Source: the human T2T-CHM13v2.0 reference genome, Homo sapiens. Taken from it: a stretch of 64,000 nt of DNA. The notes beneath the pieces were generated by a model. That model was not told the DNA's origin. It did not search any database and was given only the letters and a program-made list of their open reading frames with translations. A program made the translations under genes and the position numbers. Positions 1 to 12,191 of this stretch are shown one piece after another; the stretch's first letter is position 1, and the number at the start of each line of letters is the position of its first letter. The stretch lies in the NCBI RefSeq assembly GCF_009914755.1, contig NC_060932.1. One strand, 5' to 3'.

Positions 1-386
1 CCTGAAGTAACTGAAGAATCACAAAAGAAGTGAATATGCCCTGCCCCACCTTAACTGATGACATTCCACCACAAAAGAAGTGAAAATGGCCAGTCCTTGC
101 CTTAAGTGATGACATTCCCTTGTGAAAGTCCTTTTCCTGGCTCATCCTGGCTCAAAAAGCACCCCCACTGAGCACCTTGTGACCCCCACTCCTGCCCGCC
201 AGAGAACAAACCCCCTTTGACTGTAACTTTCCTTTACCTACCCAAATCCTATAAAACGGCCCCACCCTTATCTCCCTTCGCTGACTCTCTTTTCGGACTC
301 AGCCTGCCTGCACCCAGGTGAAATAAACAGCCATGTTGCTCACACAAAGCCTGTTTGGTGGTCTCTTCACAGGGACGTGCATGAAA
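1..386 (+). mobile_element. HERV-H LTR7 (LTR7up-like), cut by the window edge; 3' or solo LTR
   Basis: Matches recalled LTR7 consensus (CCTGAAGTAACTGAAGAATCACAAAAGAAGTGAA ... CTCACACAAAGCCTGTTTGGTGGTCTCTTCAC ... CATGAAA end at 386). The following bases GGAAGGGC are not a His-tRNA PBS. Confidence 0.95.
250..327 (+). promoter_or_regulatory. LTR7 TATA box (TATAAAA 250-256) and polyadenylation signal (AATAAA 322-327)
   Basis: Both motifs are intact at their expected positions in LTR7. Confidence 0.8.
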
Positions 387-430
387 GGAAGGGCTTTAGC
401 ACATCAGACAACTACCCCCATTCATTGACA

Positions 431-825
431 TGTATGTTCGTCTGTTTTCTGCTGCTATAACGGAATACCTGAGACTGGATAATATGTTGAAGAAAAGAAA
501 TTTATTTGGCTCATGGTTCTGGAGGCTGGGAAGTCCAAGATAGAGGGGCTGCATTTGGTGAGGGCCTTCTTGCTGTGTCAGCCCACGGCAAAGGCAGAAG
601 GGCTAGAGAGCATGTGTCCACATGAGAGAAAATGAGGTCAATCTCATCCTTTTATCTCTCACAACAGCTAACCCACTCATGTAACAACAGCATTAATTCA
701 TTCATGGAGGCAGAACCCTTATGACCTAATCACCTTCCTTTTAAAGGTCCCACCTCTAAACACTTTTGCACTAGGGATTAAGTTTCCAACACATGAACTT
801 TGGGGAACACATTCAAACCATAGCA
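431..825 (-). mobile_element. ERVL-MaLR solo LTR, MSTC/MSTD-like
   Basis: Reverse strand begins TGCTATGGTTTGAATGTGTTCCCCAAAGTTCATGTGTTGGAAACTTAATCCC, a typical MST 5' end. Confidence 0.85.
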
Positions 826-1019
826 ATGTGGGTCATGAACATGTTCTCAGTTTTATGTAAATTGTGAAAAAGCAGCTTTAGGGCAAGCCTCTTAGTCATC
901 CCCTTTACCCCACAGTTGCCTCTAGCTCTGCCTAAGTGGAAATTCTGGCCCTACTCCTGACAGGGAGGGGCTTTATATTACTTGGTCATCGTTAAATCCC
1001 AAGCAATAATGATTGGCAG

Positions 1020-1247
1020 CTCAGTGCTCTAGGTAAAAGCATGAGTTCTCGTGTTTGAGCACCTGGCTTTGGGACCTGGTAGCACCATTTACAAGTCATG
1101 TTACTCAACTGCTCTGTGCCTCATTCCTCCATCTGCAAAGCAAATATAATTATATCAGCTACCTCTGGGCAGATGAGGATTAGTGAGTTCATTCATGAGA
1201 AGCACTTAGACCAGCACCTGACTTTGAACAAACACTCAAACATTAGC
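1020..1247 (+). mobile_element. MIR SINE
   Basis: Core TTACTCAACTGCTCTGTGCCTCATTCCTCCATCTGCAAAG and 3' tail AAGCACTTAGACCAGCACCTG. Confidence 0.75.
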
Positions 1248-2299
1248 CAAAGCTATTCTCCTCCCTCCAGTTTGAGATAGAGAAATAATACTTTTCATGT
1301 GGACCACATGTGATGAAAGAAGTCTGAAAGAAGCTAAGAGGATGACCATCAATTAACAACCTTCTTGGAGGGCACAACTTTCCTCTATCATGTCTGAGAA
1401 TGTAGAGAGGGCTTATCCCAGCTCCCCTGGTTAGCTGAGCCTGACTCAACTGAGCCTCCTTAAGAAGATGAATAGATCATGGAAATTTATTAGCAAGCAC
1501 CAGAACCATCATTGTGGAAGCATTTCTCCAAAAGCCATAATTGAAGGCTAGAATGTATGACATGGGGAAGTGGCAAGGGCCTGAATTAAACAGGGACTTT
1601 GTCACTTCATTTTTCAAGAGGGATGTGAAATCTGCACAGCCTCAGAGATCTGTATCCAGAGTTCAGTGGGTATTCATCCATAACCTGAGACCAGAAGCGT
1701 TTGGCTGAGTCAGGCTGTCATTAAGGGTCACTGGGGGTGCTGACTGCAGCTTATCAAAGGCATCCTACTAAACTGAGAAAGCCACAGATGAAATAAACAG
1801 GACCTTGGCCCCACTGGAAATGGAGCTTTCTTTGCAGGGGGCTGACCTTGTTTTTGTAAAGGGCTTTGATTATCAGTTGATCTGACTCCAACAGGGTCAT
1901 TCTAGGGCAGAGGGAACCACCTCCAAGGGAACCAATGCTGGTGCCAACACACGTAGGTGGGTACTGCCCACTTTTGCTTATGTAACCCTTCACCTGCCAA
2001 CTTCCTTCCCACCTCTGCCACTATGGGAAGGTGGCATAAACTCACTGACATACCCATTTCCAAGGCCTAGCAGGCCAGCCTTGTGTCCTAACTAACATAA
2101 GACAATGTTTAAGCACAGTTGCGGGGAGCACCTTTTGGCTATCAAATGACAAGTAACAATTTGTGTCTTTCAAAAGCAGCAGCCAAGCCCAGGTCACTTC
2201 AGGAGGGTGCAGCATACAGACCCTCTTCTCCCACCATGTGAAATAAGAACTGCTGTTCACTGAGAGCTTATCCAGGACCACACCCCTTGATCCACATGG

Positions 2300-2425
2300 G
2301 GATCCTGTGAGATAAGACAATCTCCACCTACAAATGAGAATTAAGGTTCAGAGAGATTAAGTAACTAGCACAAAGCAGCCCAGCAAGGAAGTATGAGTGG
2401 GGATTCATACTTGGGGTGTTGAATA
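2300..2425 (-). mobile_element. MIR SINE fragment
   Basis: ACAAATGAGAATTAAGGTTCAGAGAGATTAAGTAACTAGCACAAAG is the reverse of the MIR core. Confidence 0.7.
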
Positions 2426-2785
2426 TAACCCAGAGGTGTCTTACACATGCTATGTCTGAAGATCCCCAGAAGCCTTATTAGTCTTTGGTAAAACTGAGAG
2501 GCAGCGAAGTTTATTTTTGGTTGTCTCCTGCTTGGCATTCAGTGTTTCTCCCCCAAAATTAACAGAGCACCTCTCTTTGTTGGGTGACCCCCTTGCCCAA
2601 ACACGTGTATTCCCCTTTGTCTTCTTCCCACCTCCATTGTCCAATCCACATGCTCTTCGTGTTTCTGCCTTAGCTTCCATCTGGAACAAAGAACACTGAT
2701 GAATGAAACACATCAACTCAACCAACCGAGGTTGATGATGACTGCTGCCCACCTCACTCAGGGTTACTCATGCATTCAAAACTTA

Positions 2786-3262
<477 letters not shown>

Positions 3263-3379
3263 CTATACCCAGCGATTCCGGGGGGTTCAGACCAGAGCTC
3301 CCCTGGCCATAGGCCTTTGAGTTATATCCATTTCAGGGGTTCCGGAGCTGATTCCTAGGCTCAGCGTAAAAAGTCACTA

Positions 3380-3604
3380 GGCACAGTGGCTAAGCATCAG
3401 ATGCCTGAGTCAGGCGGCCCAGTTCATAACATGCTCTGCCATTAACTAGCTCGTTCGCCCTGTACACATTACTTAACTGCTCTGAGCTTCAGCTTCCTTA
3501 TCTGTGGGGAGGGGCCAGCACATAGGAGGCACTCTATAAATTGATGGACAAATGGCAATAATAAAATGACCTTCTTCATATTCTTCATAGGATTGTTGTG
3601 GAGG

Positions 3605-3640
<36 letters not shown>

Positions 3641-3700
3641 TTTATATGTGATATATATAAAGGCAGTGTTTGACTCCTAGTAAGTACTCAATAGATAACC
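3380..3700 (+). mobile_element. MIR SINE containing a (TG)n microsatellite at about 3610-3639
   Basis: MIR core TTACTTAACTGCTCTGAGCTTCAGCTTCCTTATCTGT; about 15 TG units. Confidence 0.7.
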
Positions 3701-4319
3701 ATTATACTGTCCAAAGGTGTGACTTGCCCCTGACCCTGGAGATCTGAATCATATAAGGGGTCAAAAGGCATGAATTCGAATGGTGGGTGAGACTCAGAAG
3801 TGGCCTGCTATAGTTCTGGGCCATTACATTCCTGTTAGGTGCCCAGGTTATGGTCTAGTGAGCAGGAGAAGATCCAGTTGCCCCCAACTCCCTCTCAGTG
3901 AGGGGATGGAAGTTAGTGAGCCAGGCCCTGTCCTTTGATATGCATGGCAGGGCTTCAGTCCGAATGGGGAAACAGGGAAACTTGTTGTTGGTTGATGTGC
4001 CTCCTGGTCCTCATTCCTCAACACCAGACTCATTCCAGACCCCTGCTGGTGCACCGTGCACCATGAGGCTCAGCAGGGCCCTACACCCAGGATGGGTCAG
4101 GCTGGCTCAGGAAGTGAACTGGACTAAGCTGCCATGGGAGACATCGCTGCTTTAGCTGAGATTCTGGGCTACTCTGGGGTCCTGACCCCAGGGGGTTCTG
4201 GGGACTTTTGCCATAGCCCTGATCACATGGCTGAAGGAATCAGTCACTCCCATCTGCTGAGGGATGGAAGCAGGGAAAATTGTCAGACCATCTAAGTCAC
4301 TTATTTCTTACTCATGCCT

Positions 4320-4550
4320 TTATCTGTCCATCCAAAAATAATTACTAAATTACTACCTATTCCAGCTCCTGTACCAGAGACAGTGAAAATAAAAAGCCCC
4401 TTGGAATTTACAATCTGTTAGGAGAGGCCCAACTAAATGAACAATTACAGCAAAACATGATTAATGGAGCAAAAGCAGGTGCCATGGGAACATAGCAGGG
4501 CAGCTTACCTAGGCTGAGCCAGAGAGGCTTCCTGGAGGAAGAGGCACTTC
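4320..4550 (-). mobile_element. L2 3' fragment
   Basis: Typical reversed L2 3' UTR (GGAATTTACAATCTGTTAGGAGAG ... AGAGGCTTCCTGGAGGAAG). Confidence 0.65.
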
Positions 4551-4994
4551 CATTATGGTTAGTGATTATTAATAATATTCCCTCATTCTTAAATATGAAA
4601 TACTATATATACCCCCAAATAAAGTGAGCTCTTTTTCCCAAAAAAATTATCTTTTTAAAGAAAAAGGAGAGAGGAGTTGCCTTTTTCTGAGTTTTTACAG
4701 TCACATTTTTCATAGCAATGAATCTCTCTGTAAGATTTTACCTAGAGTAACAAAGTTCTAGTAGGAGGAAGTATGTTAGGCTACATGACCTCAGTCAATA
4801 CTAGTTTGGGATTGTTTAAACAGATGACCATATAAATTTGGCTGCAAATAAAGAAGGCAAAAGAGCATAAAACAAATGTAGTGATTATTCCTGCAGCTGT
4901 GTCCTCACTGTTGTGTTAGATATTGTAAGCAAGCATGCCAAAGACACTTATGATACAGTGATAAGTTATTTCCTTGAAATATTTCCATGTATGC

Positions 4995-5356
4995 TGTCTT
5001 AGTCTTTTGGGGCTGCTATAACAAAATATCATAGGCTGAATAGCTTATAGAGAGCAGAAATTTGTTCCTCCTAGTTTTAAAGGCTTGGAAGTCCAAAATC
5101 AAGGTACTGGCAGATTCAGTGTCTGTTAAGGGCTTTCTGGTTCATAAATGATACCTTCTTGCTTGTCCTCACATGGTGGAAGAGGCAAACAAGCTCTTTC
5201 AGTCCTCTTTTATAATGGCACTAATCCCACTCATGCGGGCTCCATCCTCATGACCTAATCACCTCCCAAAGACCCCACCTCCTAATACCATCACCTTGGG
5301 GGCTACAATTTCAACCTGTGAATTTGAGGGTGAACACAAACATTCAGACCATAGCA
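4995..5356 (-). mobile_element. MLT1A0-like solo LTR with perfect 5-bp TSD (TATGC)
   Basis: TG...CA termini; TATGC at 4990-4994 and 5357-5361. Confidence 0.9.
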
Positions 5357-5614
5357 TATGCAATGGTAGTTTGCTATCAGTGTCATATATGGATTCAAAA
5401 AGGCTCTAGCTCAACAGTGCTCTGAAAAACCACTGCAAATGCAGCTCTGGTAAGAAAAAGACAGTGATGTCAAAGACACCTGCAGTGTAATGAAGTATTT
5501 TAGTAAAGTGTACTCCAAAATAAAATGCTTTATGTACTATGTGATTTTTAAATACATCTGTATTCCTAAATTAATAGATTAAGTACTTAAGTAGACATTT
5601 GACTAGTTGACCTA

Positions 5615-6872
5615 TGAAGAGACTTCAAAAAGTTCATGGGAAAATGGAATTAAAAGATAAAAATAAAAAACATAAACTTTATTTCTCAACATAATCTCCA
5701 TCAAGTTTAAGACACTTTTGTAAGCAATGATACCAGTCATTTATTCCATCCCTAAAGAACTTAGGGTCCTGGAATTTAACCATGTCCATGCAGACTTTCT
5801 TACATTTTTAACTGAAGAAAAATGGATGCCCTTTACAGATGTTTTTAAGATTAGGAAACAAAAATAAGTCAGAGGAACCAACTCAGGACTGTAAAGTGGA
5901 TGCCCAATGACTTCTCATCTAAACTCTCACAAAGTTGCCCTTGTTTGATGAGAGTAATGAGCACAAACATTGTCATGGTGAAGAAGAACCCTCTGTTGAA
6001 GATTTCCTGGGTGTTTTTCTGTTAAAGCTTTGGCTAGCTTTCTTAAGACACTCTAATAATAGGTAGATGTTACTGTTCTTTGGCCCTCCAGAAGGTCAAT
6101 AAACAAAATGCCTTGAGCATCCCACAAAACTATTGCCATCACTTTGCTCTTGACCCGTATGCTTTTGCATTGACTGGACTCCTTCAACCTCTTGGTAGTC
6201 ATTGCTTTGATCGTACTTTGTCTTCAGGATTGTATCGGTAAACCCATGTTTTATCTCCTATTACAATTCTTCAAAGAAATGCTTCAGACTCTTGATCCCA
6301 CTTGTTTAAAATTTCCATTGAAATCTTTCTTCTGGTCTGTAGCTGATCTGGGTGCAGTGGTTTGGCACCCATCAAGTGGAAAGTTTGCTCAATTTTAACT
6401 TTTCAGTCAGAATTGTGTAAGCTGAATCAATTGAGGTGTCTGTGGTGTTGGCTATTGTTCCTACTGTTAATTGTCAGTCCTCTTCAATTAGGACATGAAC
6501 AGGATGATCTGCTGCTGCAGGCTTTATCTTCAATATCATCTTCTCCTCTTAAAACAAGTTATCCGCTTGTAAACTGCTGATTTCTTTGGGGCCCTTGTCC
6601 CCATAAACTTTTCATAAAGCATCAGTGATTCCATCAAACTTCACCATAAATTTAATGTTTGTTCTTGTTTCAATTTTAGTAGAATTCATGTTGCTTTGAT
6701 AGGATCTCTTTTTAAAGTGATATCTTATCCTTCTTAGTGCCTCAAACTAGATCCTCCTCAGACATGTTATAACATGGTAGTACAAGTTTATCTCGGTGCA
6801 AAAAAATTTTTGAAATCCATGCCTAGTTTTTTCATAAGATACATTTTCCATGAACTTTTTGAAAGCCACTTG
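5615..6872 (-). mobile_element. HSMAR2 mariner DNA transposon, near full length
   Basis: Terminal inverted repeats (TTCAAAAAGTTCATGG(G)AAAATG at the left end, its reverse complement at about 6842-6863), TA at 5613-5614, and mariner transposase remnants inside. Confidence 0.92.
5679..6689 (-). pseudogene. Decayed HSMAR2 transposase
   Basis: Minus strand reads MNSTKIETRTNIKFMVK from 6689 (consensus MNSAKIEARTNIKFMVK) and ends GDYVEK-stop at 5679. It has an early in-frame stop and indels. Confidence 0.85.
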
Positions 6873-8989
6873 CATATCCTAGACTTTGTACAATCAGATT
6901 GACAAGGGAAAAAAAACACTTTGGGAAAAATCTTATTGAGGAAATGAAGACTGTCTTAACTTCTAGCTTGTCTCCTATTTGGGCAAGATGAGAGTTCTCT
7001 TCAGTCACTTGGTCAACCAACAAGAATGTGTTGAGTGCCTACCTGAGTATTATGGGGGCTACTAAAGGGAAAACAGAGGTCTCCCTGTCCAAGAGTTTGC
7101 CCTCTTGCTGGGGAGACAGGACACAGTGATGGGAAAGGATCAGAGAACAGGACACAGTGTGGGGTGGGGAGGGGGAATCCCCTGTAGAACTGGCATGACC
7201 CATTTGTGAAAGCACATTCTCCAAATGCAGGTCCACTGTGTCTTGAACGTGGAAGCACCCCATGTCCTTAGATACTTGTCAACAGGGGCTACAGCCCAGG
7301 CAAAAGGAGAAAATTAACCCTGAAGTGTCCTCTATTACCAATGTGGCCCCCAAAGACATGGAGAAGGTTCATGCAGGGGCCCTCGATAAGCCAATGTGTG
7401 GCAGACAAGGCAAGGAATCACAGGGAGCCACCCACCATGCGACCCCATCTGCCATATCGCCAGCCCCTAGCCATCCTCTAGGTTCCTCTGAGGTGCATGA
7501 GGTTCTCTCTCATGTCATTCTGAGAGAGACATGTCATGAGGTTCTCTCTCATGTCATTCTGAGAGTGTCATTCTGACACTCTTCAAGCAGTCTGACAGTG
7601 CCAGTCCCCTGCCTGTGCTATGGCTCCTGGCGCTTCTGCGGCTGCATAAATGCCATACCCAAAGCAAAGCCCAAGGTGCAGATAAGCTGTGCCTTGTGCC
7701 TGTACCCACAGAGCACCTTTGACCAGGTCCAGACCCTGCCAGTGGCCCTCTAACACCACAATGCTTCATCGTGAGTTCACCAGCGGGCACAGACATTATC
7801 CCCCGGCCATCAGAGGCAAGTGCCTGGGCAGAGCAGGCAGAAACAAATTGCTTTACAGCCACTACCTTGAATCCGACACACATCCCTTTTCCAAAGTGTG
7901 CACCTCACTGGCAACTTCTAAGTGAAATTCATGGGAAAGTATTTAGCAAATCACATGCTGACACATTTATCTTGTTAGCTGTCAAAATGAGTAAGTATGC
8001 ACGTTGAATGCCATCATTCAGCCTGAACTGAGAAAGGCTACTAATCAAGAAATCTGACAAAATAAATATGTTTTCTAACCTGATTTGTCAGATTTATATT
8101 AATCCTTTGTTCAGACCTTGTCCTAATTGACCTTAAATAGACCTATGATGACCCAGGTGACTAGAGACCACGAGCCATCATGTGCCCTACATATTAAAGC
8201 GACATGCTGCCCACAGGGCCCTGCAGAGGGTGTGATGGAGCAGCTATCCACCCAGCACCCCATATTTTACTGCCTTTTAGTACCTAATTAGCCCGAAAAA
8301 TCTATCAAAAACCATATGTTCAGGCCTTGCCACAAATGCAAGCAAAAAAGCCATGGGGTAGGTGAGGTCATGGTCACATTCTCAGGGGTTCTGTCCACCC
8401 TTCCGACAGCCAGGGCAGAGCCTTGAAGTGAGTTCAATGTGGAGGAAATGGTAAGAGCATGGACTCTGGGGTGGAAATACTTCAGAGCACTAACAGACTT
8501 CAGAGTAGAGAAATGTCGGTAACTGCCCACATCCTCCCCTGCCCTATCAACCCTGGCCTGGCCTGAGGCAGCAGATTAATTGCTGACTCATCTGTACAGG
8601 TTTAGGAGTTCCAGGGAGGACAAGCCCCTGCCCCCTCCTTTTTCTAAGCCTTCCTTGAGGACAGCCTTCTGAGTGCCTACCTTCCTCTGGTAACTTGAGA
8701 TTAGGGGCCTAGGAATCTGTATGTGTTAAAGCTCCATGGCACTGGGGCCCGGTGTGCAGATGTAAAGACCCCCCCAGTTGGAGGACAGTGGGCTTCCAGC
8801 TATGTTCAGAAAGGGCAAAGCAGACATTAAAAGCACAATTTTATTTTCTCTGAAAGCTCTTGTTTTATTTTTAAATGTATTTTCTTAAATGCATAATGTT
8901 CTTGCTCTATTAAGATAATCAAAATTCAAAACTCTTCCCCAACTCAAACTGATCTCCCAAAATGTAACCTATTTATCCTGTGGTCTTAT

Positions 8990-9240
8990 GTACTAGTAAT
9001 AGCTAGAATTTCTGGAGCACTTATTAAACACTTGGGAACATCCTAAGAGCTTTACCTGTCCTAGCTCATTTAACTCTCACGATTGCACTATGAGGAAAAT
9101 AGCATTATCTGTATTTTGCCAATGAGGAAGCAGAGGCTTGGGGAGATTATGTGAAATCTCACCCAGCCAGAAAGAAGCAGAGCTGGGATTTGTGTCTAGG
9201 TTTGTTTGAACCCCAAACTGGCACCTTTAATCATTGTGAT
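8990..9240 (-). mobile_element. MIR SINE
   Basis: ATTTTGCCAATGAGGAAGCAGAGGCTTGGGGAG ... AGAGCTGGGATTTG. Confidence 0.7.
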
Positions 9241-10109
9241 TGGCAGTCTTCTGGTATAAGATGCACAATCCTAGACCAGAGGCTATTTTCTTCCCCAGTT
9301 GAGGATGGACTTTTAATAACACTCCTCCTCCTCAAAGGAACAATTATAACAGCAATAACAAACAATGGTATGTGCAAGGCCACTAAGTGAGTGTGTGGAA
9401 GGACTAGAACTCAGTTCTCTACCATTCTTTACAGGGAAGGTGTGAGAGGTTCAGTGTGAGATGTTATTCAAGAGACATGGAAGGAGGCTTATAAAAGTCC
9501 CCTACGCCCCAGCCTCTCTTCCTACAGGGCACTGACAGAGGGGGCTGGCAGGGGAATCCACGATGGGAGGGCTACACACAGATGTGGTCTAGAAGGGTCT
9601 ACGCCTGGAAGCTACCAGGTTTCAAGGGTTTGATTTTGCATCTGAAAATGTGTATGCTTTCAAAGGGCACATCTCAAAGGAGGTTTCAGTGCCTGCCGTC
9701 ACCAAACATTTTTCTTCAAATTATATTTCCTTGCAGGTTCTGTCTGAGGAGATAATGTCTGAGAAAAAGCCTCTGGTCACCCTGAAAAGGGAAGTTCCAT
9801 AAAGGCCCTTCACAAAATGCTGACTTGAATGTGTAGCTCAGCTGACAACATGAAAAATGCAAGTTAGCCAAAATAGATTGCAGTAAACAGGGACTATGCC
9901 TCCTTGATTTAGACTGTATCTTGCCCTTCATTCATTCTTTCACCCATGGGATATTTATTGAGCACCTGCTAGGTAGATGCCATGCACTATGGTAGATGCT
10001 GTGCATACATAGATAGATATGCCTTTTATGATTTCAAAGTCAAATAAAAAAAGACATAAATATCTGTCTACACTTAGAATGAGGAATATAAGAACTAATG
10101 GTTGCATGG

Positions 10110-10460
10110 CAATAAATAACAAGAGCCAGTAGTAATTGAGCACCTACTATATATCAGAGGCTTACTAAACCATTGCTGTGTACTAATGTGTTGAAAATTT
10201 ACAGACCCTTTAGGATAGATCCAATTAGCATCCCATTTTACAGATGAGGGTATCAAGCCTTAGCAATATTAAATAACTTGCCTAGCATCTATAGCTGGGG
10301 CATTTAAAACCAAGCTCCTCAGGCTTTGGTTTAGAGCTGTTTAGCTCCAGAGCTATGATCTAAAGGGGCCTGGGTTTGATCCTAGCCTGGTCACTTAGCA
10401 GCCATAACACAGGTTGCAGTGAGGACTAAAGGCAAAATGCATGTGAGGTGTTGTCACCCA
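10110..10460. mobile_element. Two MIR fragments (minus then plus)
   Basis: CCCATTTTACAGATGAGG (minus), then CCTGGGTTTGATCCTAGC ... GTGAGGACTAAA (plus). Confidence 0.65.
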
Positions 10461-10559
10461 CTCTAGTCATCTAGCCATGAACTTGAAGGTCTTTGTGTTT
10501 TCTGTAGAGGTCTGGACTACATGCCTCTTCATCTAGCTGTAGTTCTGGTGATAGGCAGA

Positions 10560-10960
10560 CAGGCAAGGAAAGCATCAGGGAGGTGACCTTAAACAGGATT
10601 TTGAAGGAGCTGTACGAGTTTGCCAGACAATGTGTTGTGGGGAACAGAGAAGAGAGGACACAAGAAAGGATACTCTAGGCATGGAAATGACATGAGTAGA
10701 AGCAATTAGATATGGCTGGAGCCTATCTCAGGGCTGGGCTGGGGGCATAAAAAGAAGAGGCCAAAGAGGCAGACAGGCCACAGGTCAGGAGACCATGGGT
10801 GTTGTGCTACCAGGTTACACCTGACCAAAGGTGACAGCGGGGCAGTGGAAAGGTCACTCTGCAACAACATGCAACAAGGTGGAAAGTGATCACAGGGGGA
10901 GACCTGGGTGGCAGCCAGAAGCCCAGTTAAAGAAGTATTGACATAATTCAATGAGAGCTT
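10560..10960 (-). mobile_element. L2 fragment
   Basis: Purine-rich reversed L2 3' region (GGAGGTGACCTTAAACAGGATTTTGAAGGA ... AGGTCACTCTG). Confidence 0.6.
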
Positions 10961-11017
10961 CATTCATTCATTCAATCTATTAGCCAGGTAGTAGGCAAAT
11001 ATTTGAAGATTGTCTTA

Positions 11018-11549
11018 CAGCAATTCTCAAATTATGATATGGGGACCCTTGGGAGTCCTGAAGACCCTTTCAGGGGTATCAAAGAGGTCAAAACTATGTT
11101 CTAATACTACTAAGACAGTATCTGTCTCTTTTACTCTCATTATCTCACAAGTGTCCTGTGGAGATTCCCAGAGGCTGCACAACCACAGATAAAAGAACAT
11201 ATTGAAGGCAGGAGCAGATAGAAGAATCCCTAGCCTTTTATTAAGTCAAACAGTTAAAGAGATTTGCAAAAATGTAAAACAAGGCCACTCTTCTTAATAC
11301 ATGTTTTCGTTTTCAAAAATATAGTCATTTTTTCATAAAAATAGGTTCTTTATGTTAGCATGTAATGGGTGTGATTTTTAAATGAACTATTGATTTAAGA
11401 GTATAATAAATATTTATATATTTTAAATAAGTATTTTTAGACGTTATGCTTTAATTTCTAATATGAAAATCTTGATAGATATAATCCACCAAAAAAAAAT
11501 TTTGAGAGTGTAAAAAGGGTTTCTGAAACAAAATGTTTGAGAGCCACAG
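11018..11549 (+). mobile_element. Charlie1b-like hAT non-autonomous DNA transposon
   Basis: CAG...TTCTCAAA start, GACCCTTTCAGGGG...GAGGTCAAAACTA motif, GTTTGAGAGCCACAG end; about 530 bp. Confidence 0.8.
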
Positions 11550-11816
11550 GTATAGTACATACGGGGTACTGTCTAGGACACTAGGAGTAAAGCAGTGAAC
11601 AGGCCTCAGTCAGTTCCTGCCCTGTAGGGGCTGTCATTCTAGTTAGTGGAGGTCCATAAATAAACAGTGAACAGCAAAGAGCTGGGTAATGGGTGAAGAG
11701 CAGTGAGCCAGGCTCGCCTTGCTGTCTTTGTTTGCTGGCAGCAAAGCCCTGGTCCCACCCTCTTCTCTTGCTCTCACTGAATGCCACAGTCCCCAGGGGC
11801 ATCCATCCTCTGAGGG

Positions 11817-12191
11817 CATATTAGTCCATTTTCACACTGCTATAAAGAACTACCTTAGACTGGGTAATTTATTTTAAAAAGAGGTTTAATTGGCTCACAG
11901 TTTCGCAGGCGTACAGGAAGCATGGCTGGGGAGGCCTCAGGAGACTTACAATCATGGTGGAAGGTGAAGAGGAAGCAGGCATGTCCTACATGGCTGGAGA
12001 AGGAGGAAGAACAAAGGGGGAGATGCCACACACTTTTAAGCAAACAGAACTCATGAAAACTCACTATCACGAGAAGCAAGGGGGAAGTCCACGCTCATGA
12101 TCGAATCACCTCCCACCAAGCCCCTCCTGCAACACTGGGGACTACAATTTGACATGAGATTTGGACGGGGACACAAATCCAAACTATATCA
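11817..12191 (-). mobile_element. THE1D-like solo LTR with perfect 5-bp TSD (GAGGG)
   Basis: GAGGG at 11812-11816 and 12192-12196; THE1/MST consensus body. Confidence 0.9.

Noticed and set aside
387-430. Possibility that LTR7 is a 5' LTR followed by HERV-H internal sequence
   Set aside because: No His-tRNA PBS (TTTGGTGCCG...) follows the LTR end, and an unrelated MST LTR starts at 431.
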